Below, one piece after another: positions 1 to 11,166 of a DNA stretch of 64,000 bases. A program made the position numbers and the translations under genes. The stretch's first letter is position 1, and each line of letters opens with the position of its first letter. Source of the DNA: an uncultured virus (IMG/VR IMGVR_UViG_3300024243_000011) (Duplodnaviria; Heunggongvirae; Uroviricota; Caudoviricetes). The stretch covers positions 1 to 64,000 of the IMG/VR virus record IMGVR_UViG_3300024243_000011; one strand, 5' to 3'. The notes under the pieces are model-generated. The model ran no database searches and was not told the origin of the DNA. It worked only from the letters and a program-made list of their open reading frames with translations.

Positions 1-44
1 TTTTTTCAAGTATAATAATATTATTAAACTTGAAAAAATAGAAG

Positions 45-296
45 ATGTATAGATCTGAAAAAATATGGATTAAAAAAAGCTTTAAAGCTGATAATATAGA
101 ATATTATTATATTGGTCCAGCATTGATGGAACAAAAGAGCAGTACAGCCATTATATTGTTTCCAAATAAAATATTTATGAAAAACAATGCTAGTGGGTTA
201 TTTTTTAAGTCAGAAATTCCTGCTACAAAATATTTCCATTCAAACACAGTGAGAAGGTTGATTAGGTCTAACATAATAGAAAAACTGGAGGAATAA
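45..296 (+). CDS. small paralog-family protein (IW...YxGPA motif)
   Basis: KIWIKK...YYYIGPALM...IILFPNKI closely resembles ORFs 18421-19293. Confidence 0.6.
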   Translation: MYRSEKIWIKKSFKADNIEYYYIGPALMEQKSSTAIILFPNKIFMKNNASGLFFKSEIPATKYFHSNTVRRLIRSNIIEKLEE

Positions 297-298
297 AA

Positions 299-769
299 AT
301 GAAAGAAGAACTAGAAAAAAAGTTATATGAAAAATATCCTAAGATTTTTGCACAAAAAGATTTATCTCCACAAGAAACTTGTATGTGTTGGGGGTTGCCT
401 GGGGATGGGTGGTATGATTTAATTGATTGTTTGTGCGGTGTTGTTCAAAATATAGTTAATAATGCTGAGAGAACTAATAAGGTTGTTGATGATTGTATTG
501 CAAAGGGTGAAAAGCCACCATATGAAAAGGTCCATATTCCTTATGTGGAAGCTGGACAAGTTAAAGAAAAGTTTGGAACGTTGCGTTTTTATATTGATGG
601 TGGAAATGATGTGATCAACGGTGCAATTTGGATGGCAGAAAATATGTCAGCTTATATTTGTGAGAATTGTGGTGACTCAGGAAAACTTCGTGGTCGGGGT
701 TGGGTAAAAACATTATGTGATGGTTGTGCAAAAGAAAGTGACTCTAATGAGGGAAAGAAGGATGATTGA
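299..769 (+). CDS. conserved phage hypothetical protein with C-terminal CxxC pairs
   Basis: GDGWYDLI, QVKEKFGTLRFY, CENCG...TLCDGC motifs seen in a widespread phage hypothetical family. Confidence 0.6.
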   Translation: MKEELEKKLYEKYPKIFAQKDLSPQETCMCWGLPGDGWYDLIDCLCGVVQNIVNNAERTNKVVDDCIAKGEKPPYEKVHIPYVEAGQVKEKFGTLRFYIDGGNDVINGAIWMAENMSAYICENCGDSGKLRGRGWVKTLCDGCAKESDSNEGKKDD

Positions 770-945
770 GGGAGTTTTATCGCTAGTTGTTGGGTTTGTT
801 TTAATTGGCATTGGGTTTTTTGTTGGGACAAATGTTAAAATGTTCAAAGAGATTAATTTTGTTCAAAAATATTTGCCAGGAAAAGATGCTGAAGAGTATC
901 TTGAACTATATGATAAAATGATAGCTAATTACAAAAAAGATATAA

Positions 946-2080
946 TTGAAAATGCAAGTAAAAAATAATTATGCTTCTGGAGATCTTGTATGGGTTAAGA
1001 TTCCAAATATGGAAGATTTTCTTCCACATTATCATATTGTTTCTAATCATGGTGGGTATGTTGGGCTTGCTATAATCAGCTATAAGATTGGGATAGGAAA
1101 AGAAAATCCTATAAAATATAATTACGCTTGCAAGCTGCCAGTGAAATTTGAGTCTTTTTATGGTTTTAATGTTAGGGATGAATGGATCATTAGAAAGGTA
1201 AAATGAGCAAATATAAAATAGGTGATGTTGTTTGGGTTGATGGAAAGTTTTCAAATTGGGAATATAAATTGATCGGGCCAGTTGTTATTATGGGAGATGA
1301 AGTTGATATTATGTCAGGGCTTTATCGTTCTGATGCGGATTATATTGTTAATAGAGTTAATTATCATTTTGAACTTCTGGGATCAATAGTGAGATCTACA
1401 ATCAGAGAAGAGTGGATTAAATATAGGGTTAAAAATGCTTAAAAATTTAAGAGATATTAAAAAGGGTGATATAGTTTGGGTTAATAATTTAGAATATACT
1501 CCGTCGTGGATGCCTTCAAAATTAAAACTTTATAAACATAACTATGTTGGCTTTGGCATTGTTAGCTATAATCATTCAAGTAATTTTTCTATATTATTAA
1601 ATGTTTCACATATGGATGTAGATATTTTTTCTATTAATAAAAATAAAACAAAAAAATGGCTTGGAAAAAACACTAGTGTTACTATATTTGAACGTAAAGA
1701 GATTTGTTCAATTAGAAAGAATAAACACACTGCAAAATATGTTACAATAATAGGAAATATTAATGATTAGCTTAAACATTAATAAAGGAGACTTGTTATG
1801 GTTTAACAATGTTGAAATGCATGGTAATTTAGTTGAAGGAAATAAATATATACAAATTATTAAATATGTTGGGCCAGGGATTGTTAAGGAGGTTTTTGCA
1901 TATAATAATTGTTTCAAAGTTAAGCCATTAAATAATGTAGGGGTAGGGGAGATAATATATAAAATTATTGATGGAGAGGGGTTGGTGTATGATCAACATA
2001 ACACTAAAGGCGAGCGTTATTGTTTTCTTGTAGACAAGCGACAAGTTAAAAATCTAAATCAGATGATAAAAAGGATATAA
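946..2080 (+). CDS. four tandem small SH3/KOW-like paralogs (946-1206, 1203-1442, 1435-1770, 1763-2080)
   Basis: each has GD(L/V/I)(V/L)W followed by YxG(L/P/F)xI(I/V); genes have overlapping stop/start codons. Confidence 0.65.
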
Positions 2081-2081
2081 A

Positions 2082-5000
2082 ATGAAATATGCTTTAGTTC
2101 ACATTCACTCCAATTTTTCGACATTGGATGCACCTTCTAAGATAAAAAACATCGTCAAAAAGGCAAAAGATATTGGATGTCCTGGCGTATCAATTTCTGA
2201 TCATGGTGTTGCTGGCGGATTGTTGCAAGCATATAATGAATGTAAGTCGCAGGATATCAACTTTATTCCAGGTGTTGAATTTTATGTAAATAACAATAGA
2301 GACTTTAAAGACAAAACAAATAGAAAGAATTTTCACTTATGTTTATTTGCAAAAAACTATGAGGGTTATAAAGATTTAATTTGGTTACAAGGAGAGTCAA
2401 CATATAATTTTTATGGCAAGCCAAGGACAACAAATGAACTTATTTTACAAAAAGCAAAAAAAGGAAATCTTATATGCACAACCGCTTGTCTTGGTTCTGA
2501 ATTACATCATTATTTTAAAAACAATGAAATATGCTCAGCAAAAGAGTGGATAAAGAAGTATTACAATGTTTTTGGTGATGATCTTTACTTAGAACTACAA
2601 ATAAACGAACTTACAAAAGAACAAAAAGCTTATAATGATAAACTAATTCAGATTTCCAATAAGACAGGCATAAGTTTAACCCTGGGTTTAGACTCTCATT
2701 ATGTTGAAAAGGAAGATTGGTTTCTTCAACAGTTAACATTTCTCATTAGGGACAAAAAGACAGTAAAGAGCTTGGAAAGTAATGATGACTCTGGGGAGGA
2801 AAAGGGAAAGAAAGATGAGGCATGGCAATTTGAAACAAAAAGTCTTTGGATAAAAACACCTGAAGAAGTTATAGAGTGTAATAAGGAGTTTGGTTATAAT
2901 TATTCAATAGACTTTATTAAGAGGTTGTTTAGTTCAACTTTAGAAATCAACTCTAAGGTAGATGTTGAAATTCCTTTTTATGACTATAAGTTTCCTAAAC
3001 ACAAACATCAGGGTGACATATCTTCAAAACAATTATTGATCAACAAGGCTAAGAGTGGGTTAAAACAAAAGTTAAGTGAAGGTAAGGTTAAAGAAAAAGA
3101 CATACCTACTTATGTTGATAGAATAAAAGAAGAGATTGATGTCTTAACTAACCATGGAAGAGATTTCTCAGACTATTTTTTGTTTTTTGATGATATCAAG
3201 AACTTTGTATATGAACAAGGTGGTATGTTGGGTGCTGGTCGAGGTTCTGCTTGCGCCAGCTTGCTATTGTGGTTGCTTGATATAACGAAGCTAGATCCAA
3301 TAAAGGATGGTTTGATTTTCGAAAGGTTTATTAATAAAGCAAGGCTGGAGACAGATGCAGCAGATCTTGACATTGATATTAGTAGTGATGAGTTGCCGTT
3401 GGTCGAAGAGTGGCTAAAGAAAAGATATGGTGAACGCTCTGTTTGTTCTGTGGGCAATTACACTAAGTTCAGTATAAAAAATACAATAAAAGATGTTGCA
3501 AGGGCCTTGGCAGTTGATGATGACTTAAAAGTGATTAACAACATCACTAAAACATTAAATGATAAAAGTGAGGATGTCAATGAGGAGTGGGCATTAGCAG
3601 CAAAAAGGTTTAAAAAGAATTCTAGGGAATACAAATGGCTAGAAAAACATGAGAGAGATGTTCTTAAGTGGAGTAGCAAGTTGGTTGGCTGTATTAGAAA
3701 TGTGGGCCAACACGCTTCAGGGCTTGTTGTTGTGCCTGGAGAATTGTATGATCATGTTCCATTGTTGTATCATAAGAAAAAGACGTTGACAGCCTATGTA
3801 GAGGGCGTTGAATATCGAGAACTTCCACAAGTAGGGGTGTTAAAGTTAGATTTGCTTGGATTGTCAACAGCAGCTATTATTAACAATACAATAAAGTTGA
3901 TTAAAGAGAGACATGATGACTTTCCCTATGATCAAAAAACAATATTTGATATTGATAGAGAAGACAAGAATATTTTAGATGAGTTTGCAAAAGGGAACAC
4001 TGATAATTGTTTTCAGTTTGAGTCTGATGGCATGAAAAGCTTATTACAAAATATTTGTGTTAGTAGTTTTAGTGATGTTGTTTTGTGCAATGCATTATAT
4101 CGTCCTGGGGCTTTAGGTGCTAATATGCATAATGTGGCTGTTGAAAATAAATTTAAGGGTGATGATATTACATATGTGCATCCGAAAGTCAAAGGTATTG
4201 TAGAAAAGACCTACGGAGTTCCAGCATTTCAGGAGCAAGTTTTGTTCACATTGCAAAAAATTGGCAACTTAAGTTTAAGTGAGAGTGATTTGGCTAGAAA
4301 AACAATCAAAGCTTTAGGTAAGGCAAAGAAGAGTCCAGAAGAGTTAGAAAAGCTTAATGCATTTTTAAAAACATTTGCAAAGGGTGCAAAAGAAAATGGC
4401 CTTAATGATAAGGAGGTTAGCAAGATTTTAGAGTGGTTAAGAGCAAGCAGTGATTATTCATTCAACAAGTCACACTCAGCAGCATATTCATTAAACTCAT
4501 ATATTACGTTATGGTTAAAAAAGAATTATCCAATTGAATTCTTTACTGCTGTTTTAGCGAATGTACAATCTAACGAAGAAAAATTATATACAACTTTAAG
4601 TGAGGCAAGAAAAAATAATGTAAAAATAAATTATATCGATATTAATGAATCTGGTTGGGATTTTTTTATTGTTGATAATGAGATTTATTGTGGCTTTGGT
4701 TTTCTTAAGGGTACAAGTAAAAAAGATATTAACAAGGTGCTAGCTCTAAGGCCATTTACATCTATAAATGATTTTATACAAAAGGCATTGGAACATGGCA
4801 TATCAAAGAAAACAGTTTATCCATTGATTCAAACAGGTATTACGAGAAATATACATTCTAATGGTAGAGAATTAATAGAGATATATGAGAGAACAAAAAA
4901 GATTTGCAAAAGGAAAAGTTTTGAGTGGGATCAAATTGATGATATAATTACTGAAGTTAGCTTAGAAGATCTTAAGCCATACAACAAACAAGAACTTGTT

Positions 5001-5486
5001 GACTTTGAACTGAAGTATATTGGGTTTTATTTGCAATCAGATGTTTTGGCTATGTATGATAAATATATTCAAATGTTTGGTGCAATGCTAGTAAGTGAAA
5101 TGAATATAATGCCAAAACAAGTTTGTGTTAATAAGTATACCCAAAAAGAATCAACTGAATACAAATATCATATTTGCGGCATTATTGTTAACTCAGTGAT
5201 TAAGAAAACTAAAAAAGGAAAAGAATATAGAATTGTTGAAGTTTCAGATTATACAGGCAAGGCTAGCTCTGGGTTGTCATTTAAAATATGGGAGCCAAAG
5301 TTAATAGAAAAGTGTTATAATTCTGAAGCCAAGGATTTGCTGAGTAAGGGTTCTGTTGTTTTGGCTAAACTCTCAAAGAATGATTTTGGATATTCATTGC
5401 AAAAGTTTGATGTTAATAATATTGAAAACATGGATATATCAAAATTCCCATTTATTAACTTGAACATTTTAAGTTTGGAGGTTTAA
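2082..5486 (+). CDS. dnaE: DNA polymerase III alpha subunit (family C, PHP + polymerase + OB fold)
   Basis: HIHSNFSTLD, SDHG, GVEFY PHP motifs; GAGRGSA, FERFIN, DLDID, HASG, KLDLLGL, FQFES, FNKSHSAAY; no intein seen. Confidence 0.97.
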   Translation: MKYALVHIHSNFSTLDAPSKIKNIVKKAKDIGCPGVSISDHGVAGGLLQAYNECKSQDINFIPGVEFYVNNNRDFKDKTNRKNFHLCLFAKNYEGYKDLIWLQGESTYNFYGKPRTTNELILQKAKKGNLICTTACLGSELHHYFKNNEICSAKEWIKKYYNVFGDDLYLELQINELTKEQKAYNDKLIQISNKTGISLTLGLDSHYVEKEDWFLQQLTFLIRDKKTVKSLESNDDSGEEKGKKDEAWQFETKSLWIKTPEEVIECNKEFGYNYSIDFIKRLFSSTLEINSKVDVEIPFYDYKFPKHKHQGDISSKQLLINKAKSGLKQKLSEGKVKEKDIPTYVDRIKEEIDVLTNHGRDFSDYFLFFDDIKNFVYEQGGMLGAGRGSACASLLLWLLDITKLDPIKDGLIFERFINKARLETDAADLDIDISSDELPLVEEWLKKRYGERSVCSVGNYTKFSIKNTIKDVARALAVDDDLKVINNITKTLNDKSEDVNEEWALAAKRFKKNSREYKWLEKHERDVLKWSSKLVGCIRNVGQHASGLVVVPGELYDHVPLLYHKKKTLTAYVEGVEYRELPQVGVLKLDLLGLSTAAIINNTIKLIKERHDDFPYDQKTIFDIDREDKNILDEFAKGNTDNCFQFESDGMKSLLQNICVSSFSDVVLCNALYRPGALGANMHNVAVENKFKGDDITYVHPKVKGIVEKTYGVPAFQEQVLFTLQKIGNLSLSESDLARKTIKALGKAKKSPEELEKLNAFLKTFAKGAKENGLNDKEVSKILEWLRASSDYSFNKSHSAAYSLNSYITLWLKKNYPIEFFTAVLANVQSNEEKLYTTLSEARKNNVKINYIDINESGWDFFIVDNEIYCGFGFLKGTSKKDINKVLALRPFTSINDFIQKALEHGISKKTVYPLIQTGITRNIHSNGRELIEIYERTKKICKRKSFEWDQIDDIITEVSLEDLKPYNKQELVDFELKYIGFYLQSDVLAMYDKYIQMFGAMLVSEMNIMPKQVCVNKYTQKESTEYKYHICGIIVNSVIKKTKKGKEYRIVEVSDYTGKASSGLSFKIWEPKLIEKCYNSEAKDLLSKGSVVLAKLSKNDFGYSLQKFDVNNIENMDISKFPFINLNILSLEV

Positions 5487-5519
5487 AAAAATGAAAAGTT
5501 TTTTTTATTGGCTGGTACT

Positions 5520-5550
5520 GGTTAACAGAATGTTTTGTTTGTGCTATAAT
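5520..5550 (+). promoter_or_regulatory. GGTTAACA-N17-TATAAT promoter element
   Basis: ggttaaca gaatgttttgtttgtgc tataat. Confidence 0.75.
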
Positions 5551-5587
5551 ATGGTCTAAGGAGATCAAAATATGAAACAGTTGATGA

Positions 5588-6387
5588 TTGGATGGCTTAA
5601 TGAAAAACAAAAAATATAAAGTTGGTGAACATGTTTGGATTGATATAGGATTTTATTGTGGCCCTGCAATTATAGAGAAAGAGGACGTTGATGAAAAGTG
5701 GTTATTTGGCTATAATGTTAAAATTATGGGTGCAATGAAGGATAATATTTGGATTTCTAGAAAAGAAATTAAAGGGTTAAACAATGACAATGCCTAGATT
5801 GGTATTAGGGCAAAGGGTTAACTTGAAGGGTGATGTCGCATGGCTCTCTAGTTGTAGAGAAAGTGGTTATTATGAAGGGCCAGTTAGGTTAATATCTAAG
5901 TTTCATAATTTATATTTATGTGAAGTTCCAATGGAGGTTTTTATCGAATTTAGTTCAACAAGAAGAAAAAATAAAACTAGAAGCTTTTGGATTATGGAAG
6001 ATAAAATTAAAATGATTAAAAGGGCATAATAAAATGACTTATATACATAAAGATAAAAAGGAATGGGGTAGTTATAATAAAAATGATATTAATTATGGAA
6101 AATGGATTAAAAGATATAAAAATAACAAGATATATGAAATTTCTAAGTTATTAACTACAACAAAAAACTTATTAAATGGAACAAATAAATTATATGGTTT
6201 TAAAGTTGGTGAATTAGTTTGGGTTAATCATGAATTATATAGAGGGGTCGGGATAATAAAGCATTTTAGGTTTTTAGAACTGCAAAAGAGAGTTGTTGTT
6301 ACTAGCTCTTATCCTTTTGCGATTATAGCTAACAAATATGGCAAGAAAGATTTAGAATGTACAAAAGAAATGATAAGAAAAGCATGA
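5588..6387 (+). CDS. three small paralog-family proteins (5588-5797, 5784-6029, 6034-6387)
   Basis: YKVGEHVW..YCGPAII; GDVAW..YEGPV; FKVGELVW..YRGVGII. Confidence 0.6.
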
Positions 6388-7236
6388 GCAAGCAAAAATC
6401 ACAACAAGTAGTGACATATAAATATGATTCTAAAATCACAAAAAACGATCTCAATGATTGCAATTTAGATACAATTATTAATTATGTTGAATTGTATTTG
6501 AAATCGAAAGCATTAAAAAAACACTTATTTGATTCAAATAAGTTAATTCAAGATAAAATATATGATAAAATAGAAAACAAAGTGAGCCAATCTACAAACA
6601 AAAGATTGTCTATTTGGAAAAAAGCAACAACAAATGAAAAAATTGTTATTAATAAGTTTGTTTGTCAAATTGATAGTCTTGGTAACAATAAATCCATAAG
6701 AAGTGTAAATATGGTTTTTGATTTTGCCGAAGAGTAAATTATGTTAAAGACAACTAAAGAGTTTCAAGAATATATTGATCTAGTTTTGAAGGTATATGTG
6801 TTGAGGCTTTTTAGTAGGGATAAAGTATGTACAACAACAACTAAGGATCGCTGTAAGTTGAAAAAGTTGAAAAGGCTTTACGACCTTACATTTAGATCAT
6901 CTATATTGTGGGATAATTACTTGACTGATAACCAAAAAGAAAAAGGTCGGTTGTTAATAGGGAAAATATATAAAAAATATATGAATTAAATAAAAAATGA
7001 GTAACATAAAAAAATATATTGATTTATTAATTAAAATAAATATGTTTATTATTATAGAAGATAAGCTTTTTGAGTCTGGTAATGATATAAACAAACAAAA
7101 GAAGCTAAATTTAATTATTAGTAATAAACAAAACAATATGAGTGAGTTATGGTATAGATTAACAGATAAAGAAAGAAAGGCAATTAGAATTAGTTTAGAC
7201 GAAATTAGCTTTGATAAAAAATTTGGTATCGTTTAG
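6357..7236 (+). CDS. three hypothetical proteins (6357-6737, 6741-6989, 6997-7236)
   Basis: contiguous ORFs in operon; no motif recognised; the last two resemble each other (YIDL..K...LW..LTD). Confidence 0.5.
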
Positions 7237-7261
7237 TTGTAATTAATAACAGGAGGGCGCT

Positions 7262-7987
7262 TTGAAGAAGGAAAAAGTTTATATTTATCCAAATGAAAAA
7301 GAAAAAATTGGTTGTGTTGAATATGTCGATCACATGGGATCAGATAAAGATATTGTTAATGCGGCAAGAGCAAGTGTTGGTAAAGAAAGTAAAAAGCCAT
7401 TCTCAGAAAAAGATAGAGAGTTAATGAAATATCTTATAGAAAATAAACACACCAGTCCTTTTGAACATGTTAAGCTTAAGTGTAGGTTTACTGTTCCATT
7501 GTTTGTTAGAAGTCAACATATGAGGCACAGATTATGGAATTTCAATGAATTAAGTCGGAGATTCACAGACAAAGATATCCAATTTTATTTACCGAAATCA
7601 TTTAGGACACAACATGAAAATAATATACAAGCAAGTAACAATGACTCAATTAATCCAAAAATTCATACTTGTGTTTCTATGGGTGAAAGCAAATTAGCAG
7701 ATTTGTTAGTTGAGTCCACTACAAATAAATGTTTTATTGCATATCAAAAGTTATTAGATGCAAATATTACAAGAGAGCAAGCAAGAATGATTCTTCCTCA
7801 AAACTTATATACAACTTATATTGGAACCTGTGATCTTCATAATTTATTTCATTTTTTATCATTAAGGCTTGGTGAACATGCTCAATATGAAATTAGAGTT
7901 GTTGCTGAGGCATTATTGTATTATTGTGAACAGTTATTCCCGGAAGCGACAAGCTTATTTAAGGAGGTTAGGTTAGATGACATATAG
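7262..7987 (+). CDS. thyX: FAD-dependent thymidylate synthase
   Basis: IVNAARAS, HTSPFEH, RHR..FNELSRR, REQARMILP, LRL..HAQYEIR. Confidence 0.95.
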   Translation: MKKEKVYIYPNEKEKIGCVEYVDHMGSDKDIVNAARASVGKESKKPFSEKDRELMKYLIENKHTSPFEHVKLKCRFTVPLFVRSQHMRHRLWNFNELSRRFTDKDIQFYLPKSFRTQHENNIQASNNDSINPKIHTCVSMGESKLADLLVESTTNKCFIAYQKLLDANITREQARMILPQNLYTTYIGTCDLHNLFHFLSLRLGEHAQYEIRVVAEALLYYCEQLFPEATSLFKEVRLDDI

Positions 7988-8514
7988 AGCTTTTGAATCA
8001 CATAGTTGTTGTAGACTGAAAGATGGGTTTTTAGTTGAAGTGGGTGGGTCATATTGGGTTAATATCTGTGCTGATAGGGTTAGAAATTATAAAGGGCCAA
8101 TTGTTGTTGATAGTATTGAAGCTGTAGTTTTTGATGGTGATTATACTTTTAGCATAGGCGTAAAAAAGTCTATAGGTGGTTTTTGTTTTGTGACGTTCGA
8201 TGAGATAACGGTTATTTGTGAAATTTGATCCAAAAAGACTCGAAAAAAGGCAATATCTTCAACAAGTAAAGTGGGGTGATAATGTCAATATTAAGACAAA
8301 TAAAACATATTGGATAGCTGTTAACTTAGGTAAAAAACATTATAAATATTATTATGGGTTAGTATATATTATTAACATTAATGAAAATATTTTGTTTTAT
8401 GATGGTAAAAAACAGTGTTTAGACATAGTAATCATTGCAAAGTCACCAACAACAATTAATTGGGTAGTTTTCACATTAAACGATATAACTGATATAAAGG
8501 AGGTTAAATGTTAA
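7977..8514 (+). CDS. two small paralog-family proteins (7977-8228, 8218-8514)
   Basis: GGSYWV..YKGPIVV; KTYWI..YYGLVYI. Confidence 0.5.
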
Positions 8515-8855
8515 CATTAATTAAGCCAGATCAAATTGAAACCATTAAAAAACAAATGGCATCACAAAAGGTTGTTAACATTCACTCTTACAAAAACATA
8601 AAAACAGTTTATGATTTTTATGAAAACAATTTACGAAAAATTGATTCTAAGTTTGACAATGTATACCAATGTAGGCTTGACAGTATTTTTGTTTTGTATG
8701 TCGATAAAGAAACTGGGGAGTTGACTTTACATAATGATGAGATTAAAAAAGATGCAACAACTGTTTTAGTGAGAGAAAACAACTTGGCATTTCTTTCAAA
8801 GGATGGCAAAAAGGCCATTGATTTTCCTTTAGAAATTGAAGAACTTGAATTATAA
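8508..8855 (+). CDS. hypothetical protein
   Basis: ORF with aaggagg RBS upstream. Confidence 0.6.
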   Translation: MLTLIKPDQIETIKKQMASQKVVNIHSYKNIKTVYDFYENNLRKIDSKFDNVYQCRLDSIFVLYVDKETGELTLHNDEIKKDATTVLVRENNLAFLSKDGKKAIDFPLEIEELEL

Positions 8856-8862
8856 TTAAATT

Positions 8863-9282
8863 ATGAACGATATTACTATAAATATACCCAATAAAAGCTA
8901 TCAGTTTAAAGAAGGTGATTATGTTTGGGTTAACAATGCTGACTACAAGGGCTTAGGATTTGTTGATAGGGTTTCCAAATGGGATATTGAGAAAAGCCAA
9001 TATAAAATTTGTATAATTTCAAAAACTGACCAAAAAAAAATTAATGAAAGTTGGTACGCACCAGCATCAGCACCAACAGCAAAAAAAATAAAAGACATTA
9101 ATGTTAATGTTTATTCTACGATTCAAGGAGATATCCAAGGAGAGATCAGCAAAGAAATCTTTAATATGATGATGCACAATGTATATAACAATGAAAAAAT
9201 ATATTTAATAAACACTATGTTTAGCAAATATGAGGTTTTTAAAGAAATAGAAATAGAGTTGATGGAGGAAAAAAATGAGTGA
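8863..9282 (+). CDS. paralog-family protein with C-terminal extension
   Basis: FKEGDYVWVN..YKGLGFV. Confidence 0.55.
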   Translation: MNDITINIPNKSYQFKEGDYVWVNNADYKGLGFVDRVSKWDIEKSQYKICIISKTDQKKINESWYAPASAPTAKKIKDINVNVYSTIQGDIQGEISKEIFNMMMHNVYNNEKIYLINTMFSKYEVFKEIEIELMEEKNE

Positions 9283-9604
9283 GCAAAAAAAGGTTGAAGA
9301 AACACGAGGCCTTTCAGATTATGAAAAGCTTGGCAAAAAAATTGGTGAAATTGTAACTAAGAAGCAAGAATCTTATGGTAATGCATTCGAAAAGTCAAGT
9401 GAGGTAGTAAAAGTACTTTACCCTAATGGGATCAACCCAAATCAATATGTTGAAATGTTAACAGTTTTAAGAATTATTGACAAACTGTTTAGGGTGGCAA
9501 CAGATAAAGATAACCACAATGAAGATCCATTTCTTGACATTGCAGGTTATGGCCTCTTAATGACAAAATATAAGTTAGATAAGAAGCGACAAGAAAAAAA
9601 ATAG
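9275..9604 (+). CDS. DUF1599/nucleotide-modification-associated helical domain protein
   Basis: KK..SYG..F, RI.DKL.R, ED.FLDIAGY pattern. Confidence 0.65.
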   Translation: MSEQKKVEETRGLSDYEKLGKKIGEIVTKKQESYGNAFEKSSEVVKVLYPNGINPNQYVEMLTVLRIIDKLFRVATDKDNHNEDPFLDIAGYGLLMTKYKLDKKRQEKK

Positions 9605-9637
9605 GTATTTTATTAGAAGTTTAAAATAATTATAATT

Positions 9638-10129
9638 ATGAACAAAAATTATTTTTTAAATGAGGTCTTTAATATGGTGGATAAAGATTATAAAATAAAA
9701 TATAAGAATGAATCTTTATTAATGAAGATTCTTGGGTTTATTACAAAACCATTTTGCCCTAAATTTATGACTACATATACAACAACAGTGGGGAAAACAA
9801 TATATTTGCCAACAAAGTTTGAAAGCTTTGCAAAAAGATATCAAATTATGATAATAATGCATGAAAAAAAGCATATTGAGCAATATAAAAAATATTTTCC
9901 ATTTTATGGATTAATGTATTTGTTTTTACCATTTCCAATACTGTTTGCTTATTTTAGGTTAAAATTTGAATGTGAAGCATATGCTATTAACATTGATGCT
10001 AAATTAATTACATATGATGAAGTTATTGAGTCGTTATCTGGACCCACCTATTTTTGGACATGGTATTCTAAAGAAAAGATAAAGAAACTTTTAGAGCATT
10101 ATGTTGAAGAGCTTCGCTCAAAAAGATAA
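9638..10129 (+). CDS. zincin-like metallopeptidase domain protein
   Basis: TVGKTIY, HEKKH (HExxH), downstream FECEAY. Confidence 0.65.
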   Translation: MNKNYFLNEVFNMVDKDYKIKYKNESLLMKILGFITKPFCPKFMTTYTTTVGKTIYLPTKFESFAKRYQIMIIMHEKKHIEQYKKYFPFYGLMYLFLPFPILFAYFRLKFECEAYAINIDAKLITYDEVIESLSGPTYFWTWYSKEKIKKLLEHYVEELRSKR

Positions 10130-10157
10130 TAAAAAAACAAGATAGGAGAATTTTCAT

Positions 10158-10607
10158 ATGAATATTATTACTATTCCAATCAAAAAAAACAAAGTAAGCG
10201 CAGTAACCCCTGCAAAATCTTCAGACACGGCTGTTGGATATGACTTATATAGTCTTGAAGATGTTAATATTTTTGCTGGAGAAACTCATTTGATTAAATG
10301 TGGGTTTGCAGTGGCAGTACCAGAAGGCTATTGTATGATGATTGTGCCAAGGAGTGGGTTAGCTTTGAAAGAAAGCATTACTGTTTTAAATTCGCCAGGG
10401 ATTGTTGATCCTGATTATCGTGGTGAAATTGGCGTTATTTTGCATAAAGTGTATAACAAAATACAACAAACTCCAACAAAAGTTATTCGTGGTGATAAAA
10501 TTGCACAAGCTGTTTTTGTTAAATATTGTGAGGCCAAGTTTATTGAAGTTCCAGACCTTGAAGAAACTAAGCGTGGGGTGGGCGGTTTTGGAAGTACGGG
10601 GAAATAA
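10158..10607 (+). CDS. dut: dUTP diphosphatase (trimeric)
   Basis: GYDL, PRSGLA, NSPGIVDPDYRGE, KIAQ, RGVGGFGSTG. Confidence 0.97.
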   Translation: MNIITIPIKKNKVSAVTPAKSSDTAVGYDLYSLEDVNIFAGETHLIKCGFAVAVPEGYCMMIVPRSGLALKESITVLNSPGIVDPDYRGEIGVILHKVYNKIQQTPTKVIRGDKIAQAVFVKYCEAKFIEVPDLEETKRGVGGFGSTGK

Positions 10608-11095
10608 TGGAAGGTTGTAATTATAAGAAGATATTAAATAGCTGGAATATTTTGGCTGAAAGTAAGGTTAGTGAAAAAGTTCAAGCTGCTGGCATCATTG
10701 CTGTTGCTGAAGATACTGGGGATATATTGTTGGCATTACGAAGTGAATATGTTGATGAGCCTGGAACGTGGGGAACAATTGGTGGTAAGGTTACAGAAGG
10801 AGATGGTTCACTAGGCTTGGGGGCACAAAGAGAGTTTTATGAGGAAACAGGTTATATGGGGCCAATGAAGTTAATTCCAGTTTACAACTACTCAAGTAAT
10901 AACTTTGAATATCAAAACTTTATTGGCTTTGTTCCAAATAAGATAACAAGCTTTGTAAAGAACTGGGAAAATAAGCAGCTTAAATGGATGACATATGAGC
11001 AGTTATTAAAGGTAGGCCCAAAACACTCTGGACTGGCGCTGTTATTAAGTGATAATAACACTTTAGAAAAAATCAAAAAATATTCAAGTAACTGA
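10607..11095 (+). CDS. NUDIX hydrolase
   Basis: GG...AQREFYEETG Nudix box. Confidence 0.9.
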   Translation: MEGCNYKKILNSWNILAESKVSEKVQAAGIIAVAEDTGDILLALRSEYVDEPGTWGTIGGKVTEGDGSLGLGAQREFYEETGYMGPMKLIPVYNYSSNNFEYQNFIGFVPNKITSFVKNWENKQLKWMTYEQLLKVGPKHSGLALLLSDNNTLEKIKKYSSN

Positions 11096-11166
11096 AAATA
11101 TAAGTTCTTTTTATATAAAAAAATAATAATTATAATATTGAAACATTAATTGTTTAGGATAAATTT

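Noticed and set aside
2082..5486. Intein or intron in dnaE
   Set aside because: Length is normal, polymerase motifs are contiguous, and no intein splice motifs were seen.
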